DNA from: Octopus sinensis
Taxonomy: Eukaryota
Assembly (NCBI RefSeq): GCF_006345805.1
Contig: NC_042997.1
Span: 114,452,001-114,516,000 of the forward strand
Direction of reading: 5' to 3'
DNA: 64,000 nucleotides
Below are positions 39,414 through 52,884 of this stretch, in pieces. Numbering within the stretch: the stretch's first letter is position 1; the number at the start of each line of letters is the position of its first letter. Made by a program: the position numbers and the translations under genes. Under the pieces are notes generated by a model. That model did no database searches. It worked only from the letters and a program-made list of their open reading frames with translations, and was not told where the DNA came from.

Positions 39414-40323
39414 TACTATACCAGATGTAATAATTTGTCTTGAACTTTTCCAAGTGTAACAACTTGTGCTAATCTTAAGAATATTATTTCTCTTGCTCAC
39501 ATTTTCTTATGTAATCCATATTTTTTCCAAGCTATGCTATTATGCTAATTAATAATGTGTCAAATGTGTCAATTAGTGGTGCTGTTGATAATTTTTTCTT
39601 TACCTCAATGATGCTGGTGACATATATTAAAAGTCCCCTAGGACTATATTCATAAAAAAGTATAGAACTATATTATCACCCACAAATTTGAGAAACAAAC
39701 ATAACTTTTTTTTATTTTTATTGCATGAGATTGATACCATGAAATTCCTCAAACTGAGCTCTATCATTTAAGCTTAATTAAAATATAGTTTGTTTTTAAA
39801 ATAAAAGTTAATTATACTGAAATCCAATTTTTTGCCTTACTTATATTTTTTCATGATATTTTACCTCACAACTTTTTTGATACAAATTTTTGTTGCTTGG
39901 GACCAAAACTACAAAATTCTCTATGCGTTTTTCTATCATTGAAGCTAAGATAAACATATTTTGTTTTTAAAATAAAAAAAGTTATTTAGATTTAAACTTG
40001 ATTGGTAGAGTTACTCTATAATGTTGCTACAAATTTTGATGTAAACTTTTTTCTACACGACCAAATCTCAATTTTTTATACCAAAATGTAGCTAGGGACC
40101 AGTTCTCTTCAAAAATGTTAACGGATTTCCATTTGGTTACGAACTGAATTAGTGACAAGCTCTGAAAGATGCCACATATGAGTAAATTGCAGTTTTAAGA
40201 ATATTATTCAACTACTACCATAGTTGAATGATATCAATTGGTCTCATTTGTATCTGTTCACTGCTTTTTTTTTTTACATCTATTGTTTGGTTGTATTTTT
40301 GTATATTTTGATTTGCTGATTAT

Positions 40324-40362
<39 letters not shown>

Positions 40363-42269
40363 TACATACATACATATATATATATATATAATCATTCTGA
40401 CACCCATTTTGTCATGCTTACAAAGAGAGAATGTCATAGGCTATGTCATCTTGCACACACACACACACACAGCAAAAGAGAAAAATAACACAATTTTTGT
40501 ACTAAGTCTTACAATACATACTAGATGCACTTTACCAAGCAATCTGACTAGTAATCACCATCTTACTATGCTGGAGTACAAAAGAGTGTCCTCTATCCTG
40601 TATCGCTTCTTATTCAGAGGTACTGGCCTCAAAGATGAGTAGCCTGCAATGCAGCTTGCAGAGTCCAAGTCCCACTTGCATGGATAATTTTTTTACATTA
40701 TTTCTATGACACATACCATTTGTCAATTAGTCCCTGAGTGTGCATATCTTCCTACTTCTCATCAGTTATGCATACAGTTTATAAAACCATATAAATTCAA
40801 CTTCCAAAAGAAACAAAGCAAAGTACTTGTTAAATTAAGATTAGTGCCAAAATGCTATCTTAAAGGTAGCATTTCAGTAGTAATTTGTACTTATATATAA
40901 TTTTATTATATAATTCTTTCATTGGTTTCATTCATTGGATGTGGCCACACTGAAGGGTTTAGCTGACCTCGTCAACTCCAGTACTTTAGTTTTGGACTAA
41001 CATACACATATATTTGTATACATATAAAACATACTGAAAGAAATGTTGATACATTGAAACTGACAACATTAATTATGCATTAGTCTGCTTACCTATGTCA
41101 ATAACTCCTATCCCACTCTATACCAGTAATCCACAAGGAAATTTATCTGCCTCCCTTTCTGAATTTAAATGCACACAAAACAGACATATAGGCACATACA
41201 TCTATACACACAGCTATTGCCATACAAATTTAAACTTACACATTATATAAATTTTTTAGCTTGCTATGACGATTCATAACAGGTTCATTGGTTAGACATA
41301 CATGCTGCTATTTCCTTCAATATGACTAAAACACACACACAAGAAGTGAATAGTCCCCTTATCTTTAGAATGACGGGGGAAATGCCCGACGACAGACAGC
41401 TGTTTAGGCACTTTATGTTGAGTTCAAATTCCACCGAGGTTAACTTTGTCATTCAACTTTCAGAGTCGATAAAAAGTACCAGTTAAACGTTCAACTAATT
41501 CCCTCGCCTCAAAAACTGTTGTGTTTGTGCTTAAGTTAAACATTATAATTAACAGTAAAGAAATTGCAGTTAAATGCAACACTACACAAGACATTGTGTA
41601 CACAATAAGATAAATTCTTTCTCTGAAGTTACATTGAATAAAATAGAACTTCCTTATTTGACAAAAACTGACATTAGAACTCAGTGAAACTGGTTCGTTA
41701 AAAACCACTTACTACTTGTAATTTCATTGAGTTTCTATTGTATTTATATTGTCATTTAACAAGGAAATGTTAGACTACCAATTACAGGAAATTAACAGAC
41801 ACCATGGTAAATATAGATGCTAATTTACCCCAAAGGCATCTGAATGTCTTAGAATCGAAACGGATAAAAACGATACTCCGATGCATTTGAAACGTTCTGT
41901 TACTGTCTGGTTTAGAACTTGTTAGTCGTAAGGGCCTACGTCTAACGAAGGAAAGAAATGTGATTGTGCTACCCTAATATATCACTTGAAAGTGAAGTGA
42001 GACTGTGTGATGTTCATCATTTTGTTTCAAACGTATTAGCTCTCCTGCAAACAAGATGTAAACCCAAAAAGTATTACTGAAAACTTATTTTATAAACTTA
42101 GAACATGCTATTTTCAATACACACACATACATTTACTTATTGCATACGTATTTTATACATGCATACGGATTATATACATACACACGCGTCACTATAGCGG
42201 ATATTGGTGTGGGAAACCCAAGTTCTAAAACAAAAAACCGTCAATCCATAAATGAAACAAACAAGAACC

Positions 42270-42800
42270 TGGACGCAGAACTTAGTGTGCCAATCTGGCT
42301 GACAGTTGTATAGGCAATAAGTTTAAGTACCAGGAGACACAGGTGAAGGGGAAAAAATGAAAACAAAGAAATTACAGGCCAACATGGATAATAGCATGCT
42401 TAAATGTTACGTATAAACTATACACTGGTTACTTGAATGTGTGTTCAAGATTACTGCCGAACAAAAAGGGCTGGTTACTAATGAACAGGCAAAAGGGGGT
42501 GGGGCTTGAGAACTATGCCCGACAACTTATTGAGCAAAGCTGAACTTAAAGAAGTGAAACAGTGCCACGGGAGTCTCCTAACATGATTAGACTTAAGAAT
42601 AAGTTTGACTGTCCATCACTCATTGATACTAGAGTACCAAAGTTCCATCAGCTATAGTTGATTAAACGACTAACTACATAGCCCACACAACTGCCACTGT
42701 TTAGGCACTTTATGTTGAGTTCAAATTCCAATAGTCAGAAACAGATTTAGTTATCAACGAGAATATTCCAAGAGGGCAGCTTATCTGCACTGGTGTTTGT
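42270..42800 (+). pseudogene. Decayed R4/Dong-like reverse transcriptase remnant
   Basis: P.WLT, NYRP...ACLNVTYKLYTG, EQ.G and IFQ.GSLS motifs in order, across frameshifts. Confidence 0.6.
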
Positions 42801-43171
42801 TCTGGCAGTGGGCGCGCCTTATCTCTAATGCGGATATAACGAGGTTACATGTTAGAATATTCAAGATATCAAAGGACTGGCAGAGCCGTGCTATCTGTAA
42901 GAAAAACTGTCTTGGCGCTCGTACCGAAGACACGCCAGAACTACCTTTAAAAAGGAGTGGAGGGGTTCTTGCTGAAACAGTCCACTAAAAATTGCAATTC
43001 TGTGGAGACTTAACGAAGCTGATCTATCATGGAACAAATGTCATGTACTATTGTTGAGGTCAGCTGTTCAGCAAATGTGAAAAAACACCTCACCTGAAGT
43101 TGTGGCAAAAAGAGAACATTAATGGTGAATGTTTGTAGAACTCTTAGCTCTTATATCTTGGATTTTCATAT

Positions 43172-43510
43172 AAGGCGGCGAGCTGGCAGAAACGTTAGCG
43201 CGCCGGGCGAAATGCTTAGCAATATTTCGTCTGTCGCTACGTTCTGAGTTCAAATTCCGCCGAGGTCGACTTTGCCTTTCATCCTCACGGGGTCGATAAA
43301 TACCAGTTTCGCACTGGGTCGATGTAATCGACTTAATCCCTTTGTCTGTCCCTGTTTGTCCCCTCTATGTTTAGTAAAGAAATATATATCTTTGCCTTTC
43401 ATCCTTTCGGAGGTGATAAATTAAATACCAGTTGCGTACTAGGGTCGATCTAATCGACTAGCCCTCTCCCCAAAAATTTCGGACCTTGTGCCTAGAGTAG
43501 AAAAGATTAT
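43172..43510 (+). mobile_element. SINE family B, young CpG-rich copy with duplicated 3' half
   Basis: ggcggcgagctggcagaaacgttagc (A-box-like), gagttcaaattcc (B-box), central gcctttcatcct..ggggtcgataaa (resembles the Meta/MESC-type SINE domain, by recollection), tail ttgtgcctagagtagaaaag. Confidence 0.85.
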
Positions 43511-43934
43511 ATACATATGCAATTCATATATATACACACACATGTATACATACGCACAGCATATATTACATAAGAAACATACACACACCTAAGCATATTT
43601 ATACATATGTTAGTGACGTTTGATAGAACACTTTTTTGATGGTATTTTTTAAAAATAGAACTAATTAAATTAAATTAACGGTTTAAATCTTGTAGGATTC
43701 AATAACATAAAATGCCAGTCATATGTAGGGATAGATTCCATAGACTGTAGCCACATAAAATACACCTGTGTTAGAAATTTTAAGAGAGTCGATATATGTG
43801 TATGTGTGTATGTAATATATGAAATGCATATGTATGGATATGTGTGTGTGTCTATATATGCTATTTCTGGCATGGTGGTGCCTCTTCGGTACCCTTAATT
43901 ATAATTGTATGTGTGTATGTATACATATATACAT

Positions 43935-43970
<36 letters not shown>

Positions 43971-44000
43971 TATACACACACACACATATATATACATATA

Positions 44001-44435
44001 GGCGCAGAAGTGACTGTGTGGTAAGCAAGCTACTTTATTTCATATAATTTGCCACAAGGGCTATATGTAATAACCTTGTGGCAAATTATATGAAATAAAG
44101 TAGCTTGCTTAGCAACCACATGGTTCCGGATTCAGTCCCACTGCTTGGCACCTTGGGCAAGTGTCTTCTACTATAGCCTCGAGCCAACCAATTCCTTGTG
44201 AATGGATTTGATAGACAGAAACTAAAAGAAGCCCGTCGTGTGTGTGTATGTGTTTGTATATGTCCCTCTAACATCGCTTGACAACCGATGTTGGTTTGTT
44301 TACGTCTCCGAAACTTAGCGGTTCGGTAAAAAAAGACCAATAGAATAAGTACTAGGCTTACAAAGAATAAGTCCTGAGGTCGATTTGCTCGACTAAAAGC
44401 GGTGGTCCAGCATGGCTGCAGTCAAAATGACTGAA
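44001..44435 (+). mobile_element. SINE family A carrying a perfect hairpin insertion at 44022-44111
   Basis: Family A consensus resumes after the hairpin. Confidence 0.85.
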
Positions 44436-44513
44436 TATATATATATATATAGATTCACTATAAAATTATCTTAGCATTTTCTATTTTTGACTTGTTTTTT
44501 CATATATATATAT

Positions 44514-44613
44514 NNNNNNNNNNNNNNNNNNNNNNNNNNNNNNNNNNNNNNNNNNNNNNNNNNNNNNNNNNNNNNNNNNNNNNNNNNNNNNNNNNNNNNN
44601 NNNNNNNNNNNNN
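44514..44613. other. Assembly gap (100 N)
   Basis: Run of exactly 100 N. Confidence 1.
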
Positions 44614-44614
44614 T

Positions 44615-44964
44615 TACCAGTGCCGGTGGCATGTAAGAGAACTTTCCGTTTCGCGACCGTTGCCAGCACCGCCCGTTTCGTGTCCGTTGCCAGCCTCGCC
44701 TGGCCCTCGTGCGGTGGCCACATAAAAAGCACCATCTGTTCGTGGCCGTTTGCAGCTCTGTCTGGCACCAGTGCGTGGCACGTAAAAGCCCCACTACACT
44801 CACGGAGTGGTTGGCGTTAGGAAGGCATCCAGCCGTAGAAACACTGCCAGATTTGACTGGCCTGATGAAGCCTTCTGGCTTCACAGACCCCAGGAGAAAC
44901 CGTCCAACCCATGCTAGCATGGAAAACGGACGCTAAACGGATGATGATGATGGATGATGATGAT
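44615..44964 (+). mobile_element. Family C RTE 3' end with (GAT)n tail
   Basis: Very similar to 11021-11328. Confidence 0.8.
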
Positions 44965-45113
44965 CTATATATATATCTATATCTATATATATATATATAT
45001 CTATATCTATATATATATATATCTATATCTATATCTATATCTATATATATATCTATATCTATATCTATATATATATCTATATCTATATCTATATATATCT
45101 ATATCTATATCTC

Positions 45114-45159
<46 letters not shown>

Positions 45160-45382
45160 GTGGTGGTTAGCAAGCTACTTACCACACAGCCACTCCTGCG
45201 GAAATGTGGAAATTATTTCAAAAAACTGCCGGTCAAACCGAATTGATCCTGATTTGGGTCTAGATAGAAAAGAATGGCATAATTAAGACAAAATTGGATG
45301 CGCATTTTGACCAGAGGTGTACAACAGCATCTGCCGGCCTTCTCGATACTTTGACACACACGCACGCATGCACGAGCACACA

Positions 45383-45596
45383 GTATTTAAATATGAGCTA
45401 CTAATAGTTTTATACTGTGGAAACAAAAATTCGGCAGATTTATCTATTGTCTTGTGACTCAAAGTAATCTTTCAGAATACAGAACATGGCTGCTCTATGA
45501 CAAAACACAAGAAAAGGCGAGAGAAAGGTAAAGGCAAAAGGTGGAATTATTGTGTTTCCGCAGCATGAAACTTTTAGGAGCTCATATTTAAATACT
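45383..45596. repeat. Inverted repeat (~50-bp arms, ~110-bp spacer)
   Basis: agtatttaaatatgagct...ggaaacaaaaattc versus gaattattgtgtttcc...agctcatatttaaatact. Confidence 0.75.
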
Positions 45597-46899
45597 ATGC
45601 ATATTCAATGATATTTATCTCTCACTGGACGGATTACATTCTTGTTGATCTATTATTAATGGAATAGTAATCTATGCGTGTGTGTGTGTGTGTACGTGCG
45701 TGTGTGCGTGCGTGCGTGCGTGTGTACTTGTCTGGCAAGTGATTTGACGTATTACTGCATGGAAGACACTTATATTATATTCAAAAATATGCAGTGGAAC
45801 CCTGTCAGTAACCTGATTGCAATTAGCATAATGAAAAGTTTCTCACTAAATAATAATGATTGAGTGAAGTTAACTGCCTTTGCGTATTTTTGAGTGGCTA
45901 ATATGTCTTCTACACTGTAATTGTTATATGTATATATATATATATATATACTAGCAGCTAAGCGCGGTTTCACCTGGTCTGTTTTGATGATGTGGCTGTG
46001 ATCGTTTTCGGTTAGGCATAATCTATACCAGCGTTTCTCAACCTTATCATTTCATGTCCCCAGTTTCGATTGGAGCCTCCAGCTGTATAAAAATTTCTTG
46101 ACTCCCACCCCTTGTCAGAAAACAGCTTCAGGAGTTGTGAAGAACGAATTTTTACATAGTCTCTTTCTGAGAGCTATTCTATTGGACCTCTGTCTAATCA
46201 TTAAAACATTGGTTTAATTATTAACATAGAAAGAAATTATACATTAATCCCTATTTTTGTAACCAGTTGTATCCATAAAAATTTTATTTGCAGAGAACAG
46301 AAATTGAAAGAAGATGTATGAAATGGATGTGTGCGTGCGCGTATGTGTGTGTGTGTGTGTGCGTGTGTGCGTGCTCATCGTATAAAATTTTTACGATAGT
46401 TGATTTATGGAAAAGATTATGTTAAATTTTTGAAATGCAAATATGAGAATGAAAATTAAGTTCAGACCTCTAAATGGTAGCTAGACCTGGTAGAAATAGC
46501 AGCCAAATCTCCTTCAAAACACCCTACTGTCTTAATCCGACAATTCTGCGTATTATGTAGTTTGAATGAGAAACTATAACTAAAGATTAAGATTATTAAC
46601 CCCACAAAGAGGTGAAAGAAGAAAGACTGCATAGCGAAAGTTTTGACTGACTGTCATCCTATACTCCCCTTATCGCTAGTGAAATGGTATATGCCGGCTC
46701 TGTGAGCAACTGGTTGTTTTAATGGCAGAACAAACAGGAGAATTCCATTAGAAAAAGTTTTAATCATTCTTCTCGGTAAGTATGGGGGCTATGAAAACAA
46801 TACAAACCGCATCCCAACCTATGCACCTGTCTCCACATGTGTGCCATTGTTCACGCAAATCCACCCAGCCGTTTGGCTGTGAACCTCAAGACAAAAAAG

Positions 46900-47220
46900 A
46901 ATACAACGATCGTCCATGTCCAATTTATATTATAGATATATATAATGTTCCCTCTACTATTCCCCCCTCAGCAATCTTTTCAACATCAGACAAACCAGTT
47001 ACTGACTGGTTGATAGGTTCACAAAGCACCTCAGAGACATCTGACTTGGCAATGAGTCTCCTGTCTCTCGACATTTCTGCTCTGCTAACCATTCCACGCA
47101 AGATCTCACATCTTTGGCATGGCTGCCACTCCTGCCTCATCCACTACTCATATCCAGGAGGAATAGGAGTTCATTTTCTCTTTCCAAACCTTTCGATTTC
47201 AACTCCTCCACAATTCCTCT
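46900..47220 (+). pseudogene. Penelope-like element GIY-YIG endonuclease remnant
   Basis: Frame from 46979 reads FNIRQTSY*LVDRFTKHLRDI*LGNESPVSRHFCSANHS, matching the PLE pattern YIGQT.R.L..RF.EH..DI....PVSRHF...H; followed by a CA-rich UTR and a degenerate HHR-type end near 48585-48720. Confidence 0.75.
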
Positions 47221-47992
47221 AACCTTCTTTCTACCTTGTTGCTTTATTCGTTCTCCCCTCTAACACACCACTCCACACAACCCACTTATGCTCTTAACAT
47301 CCCAATTACTCCATCCACCACATACTCACCACTTACTCTTAATAAACCAATGCCGTTTCCATGAACACACAATCACCGCCACCATACACATCTTCAGAAC
47401 TCTCACACACTCGCAAACACACATCCTATCTCCACCTTCTTTCCCCCTTAACCAGTACTTACACCAGCACACCTACACACACATTCTCTTGCTAACTAAG
47501 ACATACATACCTACTCTCTGCTCCTGTATAACCCCCCTCAACACACACACTCACATATAAACTCACTTTCATTCTACACACACATATAAATATAATTGTT
47601 CAAGAACGCACAATCACTCACACACCTTCATACGCTTGCAACATATGTTTTTTCCCTCACATAACTTTCTCCCACCCATCATTCCTATCTTGATTTTCGA
47701 TTGCTTTTAACACTTTCATCTCTGGTTTGACTATTGCTCCCAACAACAGCCAATCCTTGCCCCTGAGTCTTCCAGCCTTCTTACACATGTGCACGCACCC
47801 ACTTAGCTTGACTACCACATCTCTCATTAACACACACACACACGCACACATTCTTCACTCTTCTTGTTATTTATCCTTGCTCTCCTCTCCATCCAGCTTC
47901 CTCCTCCACCACACAAGGTTTTAGAATTTTCTCCTCTGCCTGTTTTACTTCTGGCATTTACGACTGGATTTTTCCATTTCATCATCTTAAAT

Positions 47993-48183
47993 CAGGGTCC
48001 CCAAACTTTTTAGACCATTGACCCCTTCGTGAAATCCTTGACTCCCTCATCAATCCCCAAGCATGTACAAGAAAATAAATAATAATAATAATTAGTAGAT
48101 GTGCAGTTTCCAGGCATTTATCAACCTCATGAATAGTCCCACCGACCCTTGGGGATCGATATTGACCACTTTAGTGGCCCCTG
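47993..48183. mobile_element. hAT-type MITE (191 bp)
   Basis: Imperfect TIRs cagggtccccaaact / actttagtggcccctg; 8-bp TSD tcttaaat / tcttagat. Confidence 0.8.
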
Positions 48184-48779
48184 TCTTAGATATCTCTACT
48201 ACTGTATAACAAAACAATTATTGAAAAATCCTTTTTTAAAAACCAAATCTTTTTTCTTCATTCCAATCGCTTACAACTGCTGCCAGGTGCTATGACTTTA
48301 CTTCCAACACTTTGCACTTTATCTTGCAACCTTTACAGACCCCTAACTAGTTTTTCTATTCTTCATTTATATTTTCTCCACACACCTACACACCCTCAAA
48401 AAAACCACATGCATCTTACACACTTACCCTACCCCCGTGCTTATCACTAAACACAGAAACCCTCCCACTCCCTCCCTAACTCATCCCATGAAACTACATT
48501 CTCCCCTGGCAAATAAATCCTTCCTTTTTATCTCCAACCAACTTTTCTCATTGATTTTTCTCTTTTATTTTTCTTCTCCATCTTTCTTTGTATGAAGGAC
48601 TACTGCCCGAAGCACCAAGATTCTTTCCCTTCCCTTTAAGCATTAAATTAAAGCCATATTTGTTAAAATGTTAAAACTTGTTCCTCACATATTGTCTTCT
48701 TTTCTGTTTTGTTCATTACCTTCACAGCACACACACACACCCACACATACACACCCGTACATGTATAGAAGACTAAACT

Positions 48780-49560
48780 TGATCTATTTGACAGAATACA
48801 AATGTCTGGCAGTTATTCATATCCTCGCTGTCCTGAGGTCTCGAAGACTAGCTTGGACTATTCCCCAAGTATTCTTGGATTCATAATGTCCATGAGGTAA
48901 GTATTGATCCAGTCAAACTGCGAAAGCAAAGATCTCATCAGTAATGAAAGGGAAGGAAGTTTTATCCCACTCTACAAATAAATTGTAAAAGGATCGTTAA
49001 ATTGCTAAGAACGTGGTTCTTTTGCTTATAGCCAGCAGAACAAATGCAGGAATCCCCTGAGCAGCAGCTCTCTTCCATTCTCCCATACAGGAATGTAAAT
49101 GGGCCGTCTTGCCAAATGGTGATTGCCTAATGGACAATTTTATTTCTGCCGTAGTTGTAACATCTAACAAATGTTCTAAGACAGACTCCTGATGTAAATG
49201 ATTGATGATAGAAGTTAAATTGAAAAACTCAAACCTATCATTGAAATTATAGGAAAGCAGATTAAGGGTACACTCAGTTTTTAAAGTTTGCTGTTTATCT
49301 ATCTTTGTCACCTTTCTCTTTACCGAGTCATTCTGGTGTCATTTCCAGTTCATTCAGCATGTGTGTTTGTTAAATATTTCAATTTAAAGTTCCATTTCCT
49401 GAAGTCTTCCTGTTTCTTGTTTGCTTTTCTTTTAACGTATGAGTTATTTCTTGATTTGACATCCCATGATTGAAGAGGTGCTTTGTGGACAAGGACACCA
49501 ATGGTGATTCTCTTAATGTCCATACTCCCATTCAAAAATTTTTATACTTTCCTCGCTGTT
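48780..49560 (-). pseudogene. Decayed RTE/BovB-like RT N-terminal remnant
   Basis: INHLHQ..LEHLLDVTTTAEIKLSIRQSPFGKTA resembles the I..L.Q...LD..PT..EI..AI.Q...GKA motif. Confidence 0.45.
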
Positions 49561-51969
49561 GATATCGCATTGATTTCTATTTTGATATCATATCGACTTT
49601 AATAAAATCGATTTAGTTAGAGTTGAACAATCTGTTTTGTTCAAGAATAGTTTTCACTTCTCCCGATGACATTTTTTTGCATTTTATTATGTCTTGTTTT
49701 AAGCATTATTTGAAATCAGCTACTTTCATTGTTATGTTATATTTCAAACATATTCGTAACATTTTTTTTCCCATTTCTATCTCTTTGTTATTGATTTCGT
49801 AAAGAATTGAGATATCTTTATTTCCTATCTCTCTTTGAATGTTTGTTTTTTACATTTGCTCAGATTTTGATAGTAAGATGTATATATCATTTCGTTTATC
49901 CTGGTGATATTGATGCTTGTGTTAGTTTTCATTGTGCAATGACTAGGCCTGTTGCTGTTGCATCATTAAGTTTCATCTTTGAGAGATACTGTAGAGATAT
50001 TTCATTGGAAGATCTAACGATTCTATTTCATTAACTATTTCCACCTTAGGATTATTAACATATTCATAATTTCCTTCTTTAGAATTCCATATTCTTCAAT
50101 TTTTTTCATATTCCCTTTTATTTTTATTTCTGCTTGTGTTGTTCTGATTTAGATTTTGCTGGTTAGTATTCTGTAAATATACCAGAGTTTTATTTGATTT
50201 TATTATTATTCAATTTGTTTCACTCATGGTAAATATCTTCAATGTTTTTATCCTCGTAGATTGTTATTTTTGCTTATTTGTGTTTTTGTTATGCCTTCCT
50301 TGTTTTAAATGTTATATTTCCAAGTTTGTTGTCATTTTTTGTTTTGAGAACATATCTTCTTAAATTAATTATTCAAGTTACCTTGCCATTGGGGTCATCT
50401 CTCCAAATTTTAGATGAAAATATTGTTCAGTTTGTAGACCCTTGTATTTTAACAGCATCTCTACCCACTTCCATGCAATGTTTTGGTCAGAAATAATGAA
50501 AATGTTTGTCAGAGAGGAAGAATTTTCATTCCAAGCTTTAATCATAACTGGATGATTTGCTTTCGTCATCTTATAAGCATTTCATTTATTGTTTAGTCAG
50601 GAGAGATGGTCATACTCTTGACCCCTTACAGAAGGGGCGAAGGGAGAGGGAGAGAGGTATCCTCTCTTCAAGCCGGAGACCTCATCTGAATGCTTGTAAC
50701 ATAGGGGACTTCCCTTAAAGCACAGAAGGCACCAGGCGGTAGTATTAAACCCATCGATTGCTTTAATTCTACCATGCAAATTATGACAAGATTGAAATCA
50801 GAATGCAAAGATCTGGGAAAGATGCCACAAAGCTGCTGGTCTGACCTTCTTAAATTTCTACCAGTTCATCAACCTGGATAGGGATATTTTTATCAACCCA
50901 GAAAAACTGAACGGCAAAGTTCATCTGGGCTGGATCTGTATTCAACGTGCAGAGAGTCGGAACAAATACTGTGGCGTATTCGTTCCACTGACTCTAACAA
51001 CTCCACCATTTAGCTGTCATATAAACTGTAGCAAGACATGAAACTGAATTGTCAAATTACCAAGTTAAAATCACAGGATGGCAACAGCTTGTTCATGTGA
51101 GCAGTTAAGTTATGGACCCAGCAGCAGTCAGACATCAAGTGATAGATCATTCTAGGAGCTTCCAGAATATTATCCTGACAGGCATATATATAATCACGTT
51201 TTTGAGTGCCAATGCTTAGTGTGTGACGGCCCACAGCTCGACTCCATATACTCTCGCTGTTTTTAATAGTCGTTATCATAGCTGTTACTCTTGATGTGCT
51301 GTTAATAGTTTACAGAAATGAATCCTATGTGTATATTTTCTTCTGTCTTAGCAAGCTTAATTACACAGCCTTTTCAATCAACTATTTGTAAAAGCTAAAG
51401 AATAATTCTTTCCCGTGCGCCGACTGTGTTGTTGCAATTTTTAATTCATAATCGCCATGAAAATTACTTGTGTGATGAAATAAATCTTGTTAATTTATCA
51501 TGAGTGCCATGCATTCATTATCCACAGCCTGATTGGAACTTGACTGCCATCATCTCTTATCCTTCATCTTTTGTCAATCACGGCAAACCAACAATACAAT
51601 ATATCTGTGATAAAACCATGATGGGATTTGAACCCTGAATGCAAAGGGTTAGGAAAAATACCATATCACAAAACATCCAGTTCAACATCCTAACAATTCC
51701 ACCACTCCACCACCATCATGGATTTGGTGCTTCTTATTGACTTTATAATGAAATAAAGTGTGTAGTTTTCTTCACACAGCCAGAAATAAATCAAGAATTG
51801 TTCAAAACAACATCTGCACAGTCACATAAACTAACAACCAATTTCTCACGCCAGTGTCTTTCCTAATGAATCTATTACCCTAGCTTTATGAGATTAATCA
51901 AAATGAGTGTCGGCCTACATAATCAAGCTATTGTTTCTAAAATGTTCGTGTGAAAGAAATAAATGTGCA

Positions 51970-52538
51970 TAAGTATGAATGTACGGATATGCGTATGTGT
52001 GTGTGTGTATGTGTATGCATGTATGTGTGTATATATATATATATATACGCACATATATATACACACACACACATATATATACACACACACACACACACAT
52101 ATATACACACACACATATATATATACACACACACACATATATATATACACACACATATATATACACATACACACATATATATATATATACATACCAATAT
52201 ATATATATATACATACCAATATATATATATATATATATAAATATGTGTATATACATGAGTGTATATGTATGTATTTTGAAATGTAAGTTATAACATTTTT
52301 TTCAAAATAACACTTTTTAAAAAAAAAACATACAGCTGTGAAAACCTGTCTTCCTACATACCTTTGTCTATGCATCTTTTTTACATGCCCACCCACAGAC
52401 AGAAACATTCCAACCAACCAATCTATTTGTCTGTCTGTCTGTCTGCCTGTCTGTGTCTCTGTGTCTGTTTGCCTGTTTGTGTCTCTGACTGTCTGCCTCT
52501 CTCTCTTTCCCTCTTCTCTCTCTCTCTCTCTCTTTTTC

Positions 52539-52570
<32 letters not shown>

Positions 52571-52610
52571 GCTAGCTAGCTAGCTATCTATCTATCTAGC
52601 TATCTATCTG
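51970..52610. repeat. Compound microsatellites (TG, TA, CA, CTGT, CT, CTAT, CTAG)
   Basis: Visible directly. Confidence 0.9.
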
Positions 52611-52841
52611 CCTAGTTTCCTACATGTCCAGCTATCGAACAAATGTTGGCTTCTAAAACACACATGTTACTGAATTTATTGAAATTATATTCTCTTCCAA
52701 AGAAGATCAAAACAAATGCTTCATGGTAATTACGATCAACTCCAAACAAGAATGGGAAATAACCTCAAGAATCAAGAATTCTCCGAAATCGACCTATCAT
52801 TATGGAAAAGACAGTGTGAGTTGTCTGGAGACAGGAAGACA

Positions 52842-52884
52842 GCTGTGAACATGTTTCTGATCCGATGAACATCATCAGCCCAGC
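52842..52884 (-). ncRNA. Minimal type-I hammerhead ribozyme motif (decayed)
   Basis: Minus strand: gctggg-CTGATGA-tgttc(atcg)gatca-GAAA-catg-TT-cacagc; palindromic aacatgtt stem III; one mismatch each in stems I and II. Confidence 0.65.

Noticed and set aside
45948-46050. Helentron-like start (tactagcag...) and hAT-like TIR (cagcgtttctcaacct)
   Set aside because: No matching opposite termini could be found
51040-51260. Possible mariner-type transposase remnant (WP..SPD-like)
   Set aside because: Too degenerate to support without an alignment
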